DNA of 61,204 nucleotides from Candidatus Pacearchaeota archaeon (GTDB taxonomy: Archaea > Nanobdellota > Nanobdellia > Pacearchaeales > GW2011-AR1): NCBI GenBank assembly GCA_038869755.1, contig JAWCQN010000002.1:3420-64623 (forward strand), written 5' to 3'. The notes under the pieces are model-generated. The model saw only the letters and a program-made list of their open reading frames with translations. It was not told the origin of the DNA and ran no database searches. A program made the position numbers and the translations under genes. Numbering within the stretch: position 1 is the stretch's first letter; each line of letters begins with the position of its first letter. Positions 47,336 through 57,684 of the stretch are shown here, one piece after another.

Positions 47336-49387
47336 ATGAAAATGCAAATAAAAAGAATAAAAATAAAAAACATAAGAAGCTATGAAGATGCAGAGATATT
47401 TTTTCCAAAAGGATCAGTCTTATTATCAGGAGATATAGGATCAGGTAAAACATCAATTTTACTCTCTATAGAATTTGTTCTTTTTGGCTTACAGCCGGGA
47501 CAGAAAGGAGCTTCTCTTCTTAAAAATGGAAAAGACGAAGGCTTTGTAGAATTGGAATTTGAAATAGACGGCAATAATGTGATTTTGAAAAGGACTTTAA
47601 AAAGGAAAAAAACAGTTTCACAAGACGAATCTTTTATTAATTTTAACGGAAAAGTTGAAGAGAAAGCCACTACTGAGATGAAAAATTTTGTTTTACATAT
47701 TTTAAACTATCCTTTGGAATTTGCGAAAAAGACAAATCTTCTTTACAGATACACAGTATTTACTCCTCAGGAAAACATGAAACAGATTATTTTAGAGGAT
47801 GCCGAAACAAGGTTAAATACATTAAGGCATGTATTCGGGATTGATAAATACAAAAGGGTAAAGGAAAATACTGCCATATTGACATCCAAATTAAGGGAAA
47901 TATCAAGATTAAAACAAGGCCAATTATCGGATTTAGAGGGTTTAAAAATGAAAATAATGGAAAAAATATCTATGATGGATGAAATTCAAAATACAATACC
48001 AGCACTTGATGAAAAGATAAACTTTCATGTTAGAGAAAGAAAAGCTAAGGAGTTGGAAATAAATGAGGTTAAATCAAAAATGGAACAAAAGATAAAATTA
48101 GAAAACGAATCTGATAAGGCAAATATTATACTTTTATCAAAAAAAGAACAAATACTCAGAATTTCCAAAGATATCTCAAATATAAAGTTGAGGTTCGAAC
48201 AAACAAATAGAAATTTCGATCAGTCTTATTTTGATATTACTTTGAGAAATTTAGAGGATAAAAAACTAATCTATGAAAAAATAAAAAAAGATGTATCAGA
48301 TATTTCATATAAAATAGAAATATATTCATCAAAAATTCAGGATTTGGAAAAACTCAAAGAAAAAATATCAAATCTTAAAATATGTCCAACATGCCTTCAG
48401 GAAGTTAATGACCAGCATAAACACAATATTTTAAACGAGGCTGACAGGGAACTTTCAAACATCAAAACCGAAAAAATATCTTTTGATAATGAAAAACAGA
48501 AAAAAGAGATTTTTATTAAAGGTATCGAAGCAGAGATTATGGAACTGGAAAAGAAAAAATCCCATATGCAAGAGGTAAAAATTAGGTTAAAAACCTTGGA
48601 AGAAGATAATAAAAAAATTATTGATTATGAAAATCAAAAAAGCCTTTTAGAGAAAGATGTAGTGTTGTTGGAGGAGCAGATATTGAGGCTTAAGGAATCT
48701 ATAAGTGGATTAAAGAAATTTGAAAATATTTTGCAGATAAGGGAAAGAGAACTAAATGAAATACAAGCTAAGGAAAGAAGTTTGGAAATAAAAAAAGCCC
48801 AAATTTTAAAGGAAATTGAAATTGGAAAGATTGACATTAAAAGAATGGAAAAAGAAGTTGAAGAGAAAGAAAAGATTAAAGACGAATTAATGTATATAGT
48901 TGAATTAGAGTCGTGGCTTTCAACAGGGTTTAATGATTTGGTAGGATTTATAGAAAAGAATGTTATGATTAAACTGAGAGATGAATTTTCCAGACTTTTT
49001 AACGAATGGTTTTCTATTTTGGTGCCAGATGCTTTTATTGTTAAGCTTGATGAAAGTTTTACCCCGATAATTGAACAGCAAGGATACGAATTAGATTATG
49101 CATATTTATCCGGAGGTGAGAGAACAGCAATTGCACTTGCTTACAGATTGGCCTTAAATCAGACAATAAATTCATTAATGAGTGAAATTAAGACGAAGGG
49201 CATTGTAATTTTAGATGAACCAACAGATGGTTTTTCACAACAGCAACTTGATAAAATGAGAGATGTTTTAAAAGAGCTTAAGGTAAACCAGTTGATAATA
49301 GTGAGTCACGACCAGAAGATAGAAAGCTTTGTTGATAATATAATAAGGCTGAAAAAACATGGAGGAATTACAAACGTTCTCACATAA
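47336..49387 (+). CDS. rad50: Rad50 ATPase (short coiled coil, 683 aa)
   Basis: Walker A GDIGSGKTS, zinc hook CPTC, signature LSGGERTAIALAYRLAL, Walker B VILDEPTDGF, and VSHD. Confidence 0.9.
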   Translation: MKMQIKRIKIKNIRSYEDAEIFFPKGSVLLSGDIGSGKTSILLSIEFVLFGLQPGQKGASLLKNGKDEGFVELEFEIDGNNVILKRTLKRKKTVSQDESFINFNGKVEEKATTEMKNFVLHILNYPLEFAKKTNLLYRYTVFTPQENMKQIILEDAETRLNTLRHVFGIDKYKRVKENTAILTSKLREISRLKQGQLSDLEGLKMKIMEKISMMDEIQNTIPALDEKINFHVRERKAKELEINEVKSKMEQKIKLENESDKANIILLSKKEQILRISKDISNIKLRFEQTNRNFDQSYFDITLRNLEDKKLIYEKIKKDVSDISYKIEIYSSKIQDLEKLKEKISNLKICPTCLQEVNDQHKHNILNEADRELSNIKTEKISFDNEKQKKEIFIKGIEAEIMELEKKKSHMQEVKIRLKTLEEDNKKIIDYENQKSLLEKDVVLLEEQILRLKESISGLKKFENILQIRERELNEIQAKERSLEIKKAQILKEIEIGKIDIKRMEKEVEEKEKIKDELMYIVELESWLSTGFNDLVGFIEKNVMIKLRDEFSRLFNEWFSILVPDAFIVKLDESFTPIIEQQGYELDYAYLSGGERTAIALAYRLALNQTINSLMSEIKTKGIVILDEPTDGFSQQQLDKMRDVLKELKVNQLIIVSHDQKIESFVDNIIRLKKHGGITNVLT

Positions 49388-49459
49388 TCGAAAGGTTTAT
49401 AAATATTTAATATATAAGAAAGTTGTAAGTTCTTGAGGTATTTACAAGATTCTATAAAT

Positions 49460-50122
49460 ATGGCAACAACTAATGAAGATATAAGCAAATCAATGTTAAA
49501 AACTGGAACAAGTATTTTGGGAATTAAATGCACAGATGGAATTGTTCTCGCTTCTGATAGACAGGTAAGTGCAGGTAATATGGTCGTTGGAAAAAATTTT
49601 CAGAAGATAATCCATATTAACGACCGGCTTTTAGCCGCTATAACCGGAGGAGTTTCAGATGCCCAATTTTTAATGAGGATTGTTGCTGCAGAAATAAAAT
49701 TAAAAGAATTAAGGAGCAAACAGAAATCAAGTGTTAAGGAATCTGCCAGTTTATTGGCTTATTTGACTTTTAGGAACATAAGGACTCCATCAATGATACC
49801 ATCAATTGTGGGATCTCTTGTTGCAGGCATTGATCCTGATGGAACAGCAAAGCTTTACACTATTGAGCCTGCTGGAGCAATATCTGAAGTAGAGGATTAT
49901 GACGCCAACTTTTCAAGTGGTATGCCTTACATACTTGGAGTTCTTGAAAGAGGATATAAAAAAGATATAAATGTAAAACAGGGAGTTCAGCTTGCTATTG
50001 AATGTTTGAAAGCTTCTACACAGAGAGATATGGGGAGTGGTTATGGCATCGATATTTATACTCTGACTAAAGACGGAATAAAAAAAGCAGTAAGTCAAGA
50101 GATAAAATCAGTTTTTGAATAA
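49460..50122 (+). CDS. psmB: Proteasome beta subunit
   Basis: Propeptide followed by G|TSILGIKCTDGIVLASDRQ, with the catalytic Thr. Start placed at the first ATG; the tracked ORF uses an upstream TTG. Confidence 0.9.
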   Translation: MATTNEDISKSMLKTGTSILGIKCTDGIVLASDRQVSAGNMVVGKNFQKIIHINDRLLAAITGGVSDAQFLMRIVAAEIKLKELRSKQKSSVKESASLLAYLTFRNIRTPSMIPSIVGSLVAGIDPDGTAKLYTIEPAGAISEVEDYDANFSSGMPYILGVLERGYKKDINVKQGVQLAIECLKASTQRDMGSGYGIDIYTLTKDGIKKAVSQEIKSVFE

Positions 50123-50154
50123 TCTTAAATTTTTATGACATTAAGTTCTACAAA

Positions 50155-52029
50155 ATGGATATACTAAAAGGTATTACTGATGAGTTGCCTAAGGTTATAA
50201 GTGATGCAGGATTTGAAGGAGCTAATATAGTTCTTTATACTGATAATCCTGAATTTTTTAAAGACGGAGAGAATCAAATAAAAGAATTAGTTAACAAGTA
50301 TAAAAAAAGGATTGAGTTAAGGGCAGATCAGAAAATTCTTGAATCTGAAGAAAAAACCGAAAAGTTTATCAAAAAAACAATTCCGGAAGAAGCCGAGGTT
50401 ACAAATGTTATTTTTGATGTTCAGAGAAGTGTTGTAATAATTGAGGCAAAAAAACCGGGTTTGGTAATTGGAAAACAGGGGTCTGTATTACAGGAGATAA
50501 AAGAGGAGACATTATGGACACCACAGGTTCAAAGGTCTTCTTCCATTCCAAGCAAAATTACAGAGAGTATAAGGGAAGTTTTATATGCCAATAACAATTA
50601 CAGAAGAAGATTTTTAAATAATATTGGAAAAAAAATTTACAAAGACTGGAGCTCTGAAAAAAGGGACGGATGGATAAGGCTTACAATGCTTGGTTCCGGG
50701 CGTCAGGTTGGAAGATCATGTATTTTATTACAGACATCTGAATCAAAAATATTGCTGGACTGTGGAATAGATGTAGCTGCACACGGATCTGAAAAATTCC
50801 CTTATTTTGATGTTGCTGAATTTGATATATCATCGATAGATGCAGTTATTTTAAGTCATGCTCATTTAGATCATTGTGCTTTAATCCCTTACCTGTATAA
50901 GATGGGTTATACTGGTCCTGTATATATGACATATCCCTCAAGAGATATTGCCGCCCTTCTTGGCCTGGATTTTATAGGGGTTGCATACAAACAGGCAACT
51001 GCACCTATTTTTAGTTCAAATGATATTAAGGAGATGGTTAAACATTCTATATGCCTTAATTATAATGAGGTTACTGATGTAACTCCTGATATCAGGATAA
51101 CTTTTTATAATGCTGGCCACGCACTTGGAAGTGCAATGGTTCACATAAATATCGGGAATGGAGCCCATAATTTACTTTATGGTGCTGACATAAAATATCA
51201 GAAAACAAGACTCTTAGATCCTGCAATTACAAATTTTCCAAGAGTTGAAACAGTAATTATTGAATCTACTTATGGTGGAAAGAATGATATAATGCCTCCG
51301 AGGATTGAATCTGAAACCCAGTTGCTTGATATTATCAAGAAAACAATTGAAAGAGACGGAAAAGTTTTAATTCCAGAACTTGGTCTTGGAAGAGCTCAGG
51401 AAACAATGCTCATAATAGATGATGCAATTAAATCTGGCAAACTTCCCCAGATACCTGTTTATATTGATGGAATGATATGGGACATTAATGCAATTCATAC
51501 TGCTTATCCGGATTATTTAAGTCACTCTGTCAAAAACCTTGTTTTTCAGGATAAAAATCCATTTGTATCTGAAATATTTAAAAGAGTTGGTTCTCCACAG
51601 GAGAGAAAGCAGGTTATTGAAGGTGGCCCATGTGTTGTTCTCGCAACTTCAGGTATGTTGGTTGGAGGAGCATCTGTAGAATATTTTAAACATTTCGCTT
51701 CAAATTCAAGGAATTCTTTAGTGTTTGTGTGCTATCAGGGTGTTGGCTCTCTTGGCAGACAGGTTCAGGAAGGTCTTAAGGAATATAAAACAGATCAGGG
51801 AGAAATAATTCCAATAAATTTTGAAGCATACACTATTTCAGGATTTTCAGCACATGCAGGCCGTACTGAATTACTGAATTTTATTAAAAACTGCAAGCCC
51901 AAACCTAAAAGAGCAATTATAAATCACGGAGAGGTTTCAAAGTGCCTTGATCTGGCAAGTGCTATATACAAAATAGAGCATATTGAAACAAATGTTCCAA
52001 GAAATCTTGAGACTTTAAGGCTGAAATAA
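50155..52029 (+). CDS. aCPSF1 (KH-KH-beta-CASP ribonuclease, transcription termination factor FttA-like)
   Basis: N-terminal KH domains (LVIGKQGSVLQEIK), MBL motif LSHAHLDHCA, and a beta-CASP C-terminus. Confidence 0.9.
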   Translation: MDILKGITDELPKVISDAGFEGANIVLYTDNPEFFKDGENQIKELVNKYKKRIELRADQKILESEEKTEKFIKKTIPEEAEVTNVIFDVQRSVVIIEAKKPGLVIGKQGSVLQEIKEETLWTPQVQRSSSIPSKITESIREVLYANNNYRRRFLNNIGKKIYKDWSSEKRDGWIRLTMLGSGRQVGRSCILLQTSESKILLDCGIDVAAHGSEKFPYFDVAEFDISSIDAVILSHAHLDHCALIPYLYKMGYTGPVYMTYPSRDIAALLGLDFIGVAYKQATAPIFSSNDIKEMVKHSICLNYNEVTDVTPDIRITFYNAGHALGSAMVHINIGNGAHNLLYGADIKYQKTRLLDPAITNFPRVETVIIESTYGGKNDIMPPRIESETQLLDIIKKTIERDGKVLIPELGLGRAQETMLIIDDAIKSGKLPQIPVYIDGMIWDINAIHTAYPDYLSHSVKNLVFQDKNPFVSEIFKRVGSPQERKQVIEGGPCVVLATSGMLVGGASVEYFKHFASNSRNSLVFVCYQGVGSLGRQVQEGLKEYKTDQGEIIPINFEAYTISGFSAHAGRTELLNFIKNCKPKPKRAIINHGEVSKCLDLASAIYKIEHIETNVPRNLETLRLK

Positions 52030-52168
52030 AGTTAAATTTTATGTAAAATAATATTTTTCCCAATCTTTAAAAACCATCTTTATTTAGTATTAAAAAGAAT
52101 ATGGCAGTTGGTTTTATTTATAAAGACAATAAAAATTTTTGAAACATGTCACCTATTTATATTGATGC

Positions 52169-53185
52169 ATGAAGGAAACTAAAATGAAGCATAACATACA
52201 AATAACTATGATATTGATTGGAATGTTTCTTATAACTCAGTTAATTGGGCTTGCAGTTATTTATGCATACACTCCACAAGTAGAGCAAATTGAAATTAAT
52301 GGAACAGTACAAAATGTAACTATAAATCCTCTTCCTTATAATTTGGAGCAGCCTGAAGTTGATAAAAGAATTTCTTTTGTATCAATTTTGTTTGCTTTTA
52401 TTATTGCTATTTTTTTTGTGTTTATACTAACTAAAATAAGAGCGGCTGTTATACTTAGGTACTGGTTTTTCTTTGTTGTAACCATTGTTTTGGGCATAGT
52501 TATAAACGCAATTCTGATGCAGTTTATTAACCATAACTTACTTATCAATGATTTTTCCATACCTATTGCCTCCACACTTGCAATTTTGTTGGCTTTGCCT
52601 CTTGCAGTCTATAAAATATTCAAAAGAAACATTTATGTTCATAATATAACAGAGTTGTTAATATATCCAGGTATTGCAGTTGTTCTTATCCCGCTCTTAA
52701 ATTTATGGACAATTGTTATTTTGTTGCTAATTATTTCTTTGTATGACATATGGGCTGTCTGGCATTCAGGATTTATGCAGAAAATGGCACATTTTCAAAT
52801 TAATGAGCTTAAAATATTTGGGGGTTTTTTTGTGCCTTATCTTAATAAGAAACAGAGAGCAATGATAAGGGAAGCAAGGCTAAAAAAATCAAGATATGCT
52901 AAAATGCGAAAACTAAAGAAAATGAAAATTAATCTTGCGATTTTAGGTGGAGGAGATATAGTATTTCCGATAATAACCGCAGGCGTTGTCATTCGGGATC
53001 ATAATTTCTCAATTCCTCTTTTTGGAATTCCCGGGTTGTTATCAGCATTGATTGTTGTTTTCGGAGCAACTTTTGCACTTTCATTATTGTTTTTCTACTC
53101 TAAAAAAGGAAAGTTTTATCCTGCAATGCCGTTTATAACTGCCGGACTTTTGCTTGGGATATTAATATCCTCTTTCTTACGATAA
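52169..53185 (+). CDS. Presenilin/signal-peptide-peptidase homologue (A22 aspartyl intramembrane protease)
   Basis: YD motif (SLYDIWAVW), GxGD motif (LGGGDIVFP) and PAL-like YPAMPF, on a background of about 9 TM helices. Confidence 0.8.
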   Translation: MKETKMKHNIQITMILIGMFLITQLIGLAVIYAYTPQVEQIEINGTVQNVTINPLPYNLEQPEVDKRISFVSILFAFIIAIFFVFILTKIRAAVILRYWFFFVVTIVLGIVINAILMQFINHNLLINDFSIPIASTLAILLALPLAVYKIFKRNIYVHNITELLIYPGIAVVLIPLLNLWTIVILLLIISLYDIWAVWHSGFMQKMAHFQINELKIFGGFFVPYLNKKQRAMIREARLKKSRYAKMRKLKKMKINLAILGGGDIVFPIITAGVVIRDHNFSIPLFGIPGLLSALIVVFGATFALSLLFFYSKKGKFYPAMPFITAGLLLGILISSFLR

Positions 53186-53596
53186 GACAACCAAATTAGG
53201 CTTTCTATTTCTTTTGGTATTTTCTTTTACAGGCTCTTCCGAAGGTTTTATTGCTGATACTATGTAATGTTTAGCAGTAAGCAAATTATCATACATATTT
53301 TGGATTTGTATATAATTTGTTCTTTCTAATCCAGAATTTTTTCTTCTATTTCTCCATAAATCATAGATAACATTGTCTAAACAATTAAGAACACTTCCAA
53401 TATAAGAGAGTGATTCTTCTAAATCATCTATGTAATTTTCCCCAATATCTGTGTTTTCAAGGAAAGATATTGCATCTGCCAACGTTTCTAAGTAGTCAAG
53501 CTCAAAAATTTTTTCATAATAATTATCACAGACAAATTCAACCAGTTCACGGGCTTTGTTTATTCTTGATTCACATAGTTTATTTACATAGACCAT
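53177..53596 (-). CDS. Hypothetical acidic helical protein
   Basis: 139-aa ORF; no motifs recognised. Confidence 0.4.
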   Translation of the reverse strand: MVYVNKLCESRINKARELVEFVCDNYYEKIFELDYLETLADAISFLENTDIGENYIDDLEESLSYIGSVLNCLDNVIYDLWRNRRKNSGLERTNYIQIQNMYDNLLTAKHYIVSAIKPSEEPVKENTKRNRKPNLVVLS

Positions 53597-53723
53597 ACTA
53601 ATACATTTCTAAAAAGCTTTTTAAATTTTGTCTTTACTATATAAAAGTAACACTATAGAAAAGTTTATAAACCGGTTAGTCACTTAAAAGTTAATACATT
53701 GGACTTTTAGAGAGAAGTCGGAA

Positions 53724-54515
53724 ATGATAGTAAAAACAGAACTTATCAAGAAAATAAAAGATTATTTTAATTTAAATATTTATGAAACTAAGGTATGGTT
53801 GGCCCTTTTGTCTAAAGGAGTTGCTTCAGCCGGAGAAATTGCAGAGCTTTCCGGAGTTCCAAGATCAAGAACCTATGATGTATTAGAAAGCTTGGAAAAA
53901 CAGGGATTTGCAATGCAGAAAATAGGGAAACCTGTAAAATACTTTGCAGTTAAACCAACAGCGGTTATTGAAAAACTTAAGAAAGGAACTATGGATGAAA
54001 TGAATGAAAGGTTGTCAATACTTACAAATATTAAAGACACGCCGGAGTATCAGGAACTTGAAATGCTCCATTCAACAAAATCAGAGTTGATAAAGAAACA
54101 GGATATTTCAAGTACCTTGAGAGGCAGGATGAATATAAATTCACAGATTTCAGACCTTATAAATCTGGCAAAAGAAGAAGTAATTATTTGCGCTCCTGTT
54201 TCAGAAATAAAAAGAAGAATAAAACTTTTAGAACCTATTTTTAAACAGCTTACTAATTCTAAAATAAAATTTACAGTGGCTTTAAATGGTTCAGATTCAG
54301 ATATAAAAATGGTTAATGATAGGCTTGAAATAAAAGCCAAAAAAATAGATATTCATGCTTCATTTTATATTGCAGACAAAAAAGAAATACTATTTATGCT
54401 GAATGAAACGGATGACAATCAGGAGCAAATGGCTGTCTGGTTTTCATCGCCTTTTTTTGTTGAGTCATTCACAAATTTGTTTGAAATGGCCTTAAAAAGA
54501 TCTAACGGAAAATAA
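53724..54515 (+). CDS. TrmB-family transcriptional regulator
   Basis: N-terminal wHTH YETKVWLALLSKGVASAGEIAELSGVPRSRTYDVLESLEKQGF. Confidence 0.85.
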   Translation: MIVKTELIKKIKDYFNLNIYETKVWLALLSKGVASAGEIAELSGVPRSRTYDVLESLEKQGFAMQKIGKPVKYFAVKPTAVIEKLKKGTMDEMNERLSILTNIKDTPEYQELEMLHSTKSELIKKQDISSTLRGRMNINSQISDLINLAKEEVIICAPVSEIKRRIKLLEPIFKQLTNSKIKFTVALNGSDSDIKMVNDRLEIKAKKIDIHASFYIADKKEILFMLNETDDNQEQMAVWFSSPFFVESFTNLFEMALKRSNGK

Positions 54516-54521
54516 TAAAAA

Positions 54522-54785
54522 ATGGTTGCTCTTCCAGAAAATCCAGCTGTCAATTTACTTTACAGACGCGATTCTAAAGGAGAATCTTATGAAGTGTTGA
54601 TAGGTTATTATGAAAATGGCCATTTTTTCACTTGTGAAGAGAGTAATTCAGTAGACTTTCCAAATTTAAGGATTAAAAATATAAGAAATTACAGCTTAAT
54701 TAAAGAAGAGTTAGGAAAAATTTTGAATGGAGCTGTAAAAGGTGAATTAAAATTGTTTATTAATGACAAATTAGTTTCCAACTAA
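54522..54785 (+). CDS. Hypothetical small protein
   Basis: 87-aa ORF starting 7 nt after the trmB-like gene. Confidence 0.35.
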   Translation: MVALPENPAVNLLYRRDSKGESYEVLIGYYENGHFFTCEESNSVDFPNLRIKNIRNYSLIKEELGKILNGAVKGELKLFINDKLVSN

Positions 54786-56095
54786 CATTCTTTTACAATT
54801 TTAATCTTTGTTATAGACATTTCCTTCATAATTTTTTTGAATTTTTTCCTGAAAATATCAAGAAATTCTTTTAATTTTATATCGTTTGGTTTTGCTGCTT
54901 TCAGCTTTCCGTTTTCAACATACCAGATTTTATGTTTCTTCTTAAAGTTTTCAGCAGCTTCGTTATAATGTATGGATGGACCATCAAATACTATTTCCTT
55001 TTTTCTTTTTAGAACAAAATATATTTTGGCTTCTTTTTCCCCTAAATATTCAAATTCTTCCTCTATAATCTCAAAATATTTATTCAATTCTCTTACAAAA
55101 ATTTTTGAAAACTTAAGCATTTTGCTTCCTGCAATATCTCCTTCTTGTTTATCTGTTTGTATTTCAAATACGCTAAAGATTCCATCTATGTTTTTGGCAG
55201 TATCAATAAAATGTTTGGTATTAATACCTTTATCTTGGAAAAAATCCATGGAAGGCGATTTAAGAAATTTACTACATGCTTTCTTAAATTTATCAAAAGT
55301 TTGTTGGGTTAATGCTCCGGCAGCATTTCTTTCCTTAAAAGTCGGATCAATTAATATAATAGGAGAGGTCATTTTTGAAGGGTTTAATTCTTTGATTATT
55401 TCCTCGTTCTTTTTATACAGCTTTTCTATATCTATTACTATTTTGCCATGTGTTTTTGCAATAACTTCTATGAATTTGATAAAATCTTTAAAATAAACAA
55501 GGAGTAGTTCAAGAGCATATCCTGAGAATCCTCCTATGTAAGATTCTGCTCCATAGCATTTTTGTCCATGGCAGAACGATTTCGCCAAAATAATCTGTTC
55601 AATAAGCCCTTTGTTTTCCTCAGTTTTCTTTTTAATATAACTAACATGGAAGTAAGATAGGTCAGTGATGTTCCTTGCTTCTTTCGGATTGTTAATCTTC
55701 AGAGTAGGAATTACCTCAAAAGTCAGGTTTTTATTAAATCTTGGAATTGCCTTATAATAGTCCCTTGAACCACGAATTTTTTTGATACTAAACCTATGCC
55801 ATGGTATTCTAAACCAGTTGAATATCTCACTCATGTGTTTTTTTATGTCTTCTTCACTATATTTGGAGTCAAATCTGATGAAGATATCTATATCATATTT
55901 ATCCTTCCTTATTATAGTATTTTTTGCAAGAGATCCTCCGACATATACAGATGCTTTTATTCCAAGAGCCTTTATTTTTTTATCGATATAATCGGAAAAT
56001 TTTTTGGTAAAATTTTTTATAGAGGCTAATTCATTATTGCTAAGCTTGACTCTTTCAATCTCTTGTTTAAGGATTTCCCTCATAAGCTTATCCAT
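54782..56095 (-). CDS. cca: Class I (archaeal) CCA-adding tRNA nucleotidyltransferase
   Basis: GGSLAKNTIIRKDKYDIDIFIRF nucleotidyltransferase motif; 437 aa. Consistent with the tRNA genes here lacking an encoded CCA. Confidence 0.85.
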   Translation of the reverse strand: MDKLMREILKQEIERVKLSNNELASIKNFTKKFSDYIDKKIKALGIKASVYVGGSLAKNTIIRKDKYDIDIFIRFDSKYSEEDIKKHMSEIFNWFRIPWHRFSIKKIRGSRDYYKAIPRFNKNLTFEVIPTLKINNPKEARNITDLSYFHVSYIKKKTEENKGLIEQIILAKSFCHGQKCYGAESYIGGFSGYALELLLVYFKDFIKFIEVIAKTHGKIVIDIEKLYKKNEEIIKELNPSKMTSPIILIDPTFKERNAAGALTQQTFDKFKKACSKFLKSPSMDFFQDKGINTKHFIDTAKNIDGIFSVFEIQTDKQEGDIAGSKMLKFSKIFVRELNKYFEIIEEEFEYLGEKEAKIYFVLKRKKEIVFDGPSIHYNEAAENFKKKHKIWYVENGKLKAAKPNDIKLKEFLDIFRKKFKKIMKEMSITKIKIVKEC

Positions 56096-56119
56096 AGAGT
56101 TATTAAAGAATTATCTTTT

Positions 56120-56527
56120 TTAATCTTTACTCATTTTTCTCTCTGATTCTTCAATTGCAGATTTGAAGCTTGCAGCGAGGTCTATTATATACTTTCCCTC
56201 TTCTAATTTGTAGATTAACGGCCTTTTTTTATTGAATAAATTAACTATATCAATTTCAAATTTTCCCGGGCCTAAAACCCTTATAGATTCCAGATCAAGA
56301 ATAACAGGAGTTTCCTCATTTTCAAGACCCATAATTTCCCTTACATCATGCTCAATTTTTTCCTTGTCCTCTTCCCTTAATTCAAGCACAATTTCTTTTT
56401 CCTGAATTTTTTTAAGTTGGTCTTCTTTAATATAGAAGAAAAAATGGCTTCCACAGCTACATCCTTTTAAGAGTTCTTCTGAAGCATCAGGGTATAGTTT
56501 TGAGCAATGGATACATTGGTGAGGCAT
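56120..56527 (-). CDS. Zn-ribbon protein of the conserved archaeal GTPase triad (DUF2072-like)
   Basis: MPHQCIHCSKLY...GCSCGSHFFFY N-terminal ribbon. The family name is recalled, not verified. Confidence 0.6.
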   Translation of the reverse strand: MPHQCIHCSKLYPDASEELLKGCSCGSHFFFYIKEDQLKKIQEKEIVLELREEDKEKIEHDVREIMGLENEETPVILDLESIRVLGPGKFEIDIVNLFNKKRPLIYKLEEGKYIIDLAASFKSAIEESERKMSKD

Positions 56528-56613
56528 TATCCATTAAAGAACAAATCATTTATATAGATTGTGATTGGCTGTGATATATTTATTTTGTTACATTTATTTT
56601 TATATTATCCTGT

Positions 56614-57003
56614 TTATCTTTTCAGCATCAATTCAATTTTTTTCGGATTTCTTTTTATTTCTTTTACTATTGAAGCGGGACCTATTATGGTCATGGCAGC
56701 TGTGTCTCCTGCAAGTGCTTTTGCAACACCTTGGGCAAATCTTCTCAGAATTGGGACGGAATTTGCATTTGAAGAAATAACTGCAAGTTCAATTCCTTTA
56801 AATCCTTTTACATGGCCTATCATTGCCATTGTGTCCTCTATAAGCCGGGTTTCTTCTTCTGGTTTTAACCTTCCTTGTAAAACTATTATTCTGTTGGAAA
56901 GGACAATAGAGAGAATTTTTTTAATTCTCTCACTGCTGTCCAGATCCCTTATTTCTGAATAAGGCATAAATTCCAATGTTAAACCACCTATCTTTTTCCC
57001 CAT
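56614..57003 (-). CDS. DUF2073-like protein
   Basis: The MGKKIGGLTLEFMPYSE start lies 4 nt downstream of the GTPase stop. The tracked ORF's upstream extension overlaps the GTPase and is unlikely to be real. Confidence 0.55.
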   Translation of the reverse strand: MGKKIGGLTLEFMPYSEIRDLDSSERIKKILSIVLSNRIIVLQGRLKPEEETRLIEDTMAMIGHVKGFKGIELAVISSNANSVPILRRFAQGVAKALAGDTAAMTIIGPASIVKEIKRNPKKIELMLKR

Positions 57004-57007
57004 TTTA

Positions 57008-57643
57008 TTAATGTGCGATTTTAAAGAGAGTTTCATAAAACTCTTCCATATTTTCACCTGTTTTTGCACTAATACCAACAACATCATATTCCGGAAATGC
57101 TGCTTCAACTTTTTTTACATCAGCTTTTCTTAAATCTATTTTGTTTGCAGCAATGAGCACCGGAATTTTTCTTGCGGCTAAGTTCCCAATAATAGTTATA
57201 TTTACTTGAGAGTATGGATTTTTTGTGGCATCTAAAACAACAACAACTGCATCCATATCTTCAATCCATTTAATAGCATCTATAACTCCTTGCGTAGCTT
57301 CCTTTGCTCTCTGCTGTGCCTCTTTTTTCTTTATTCCATACTTTATAAATTCTTCATAATCAATTTTTGTTGCAATTCCCGGGGTGTCTACCATTTTAAA
57401 AACCATTTTTTTACCCTTATATTCAATTTCTACTTTTTCCTTAAACTGGATTTCTCTTGTTTCGTGAGGTATATTACTTACCGTTCCAAGCTCTTCTCCA
57501 ACCCAGTCCTTACAAATCAGGTTTGCAAGACTTGTTTTACCTGCATTTGGTGGCCCGTAAAAACCAAGGCTGATACTTTTTTTCTTCCTGAAAATCCCAT
57601 AGAAAATCCTTTTTGCAAAATTTTTAAAAATTTTCACCTTCAT
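57008..57643 (-). CDS. Small GTP-binding protein (Era/EngA-like, archaeal)
   Basis: G1 GPPNAGKTS, G3 DTPG and G4 NKID. Confidence 0.8.
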   Translation of the reverse strand: MKVKIFKNFAKRIFYGIFRKKKSISLGFYGPPNAGKTSLANLICKDWVGEELGTVSNIPHETREIQFKEKVEIEYKGKKMVFKMVDTPGIATKIDYEEFIKYGIKKKEAQQRAKEATQGVIDAIKWIEDMDAVVVVLDATKNPYSQVNITIIGNLAARKIPVLIAANKIDLRKADVKKVEAAFPEYDVVGISAKTGENMEEFYETLFKIAH

Positions 57644-57684
57644 AAACCCTTCATGATATTTTTCTATTTAAATGTTTCTTTGAT

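Noticed and set aside
54972-55496. 174-aa ORF antisense to the CCA-adding enzyme; similar long antisense ORFs at 39712-40134, 57290-57793, 56561-56962 and 20014-20421
   Set aside because: They are F/L/I/S-rich mirror-frame products of AT-rich genes that have clear homology on the other strand.
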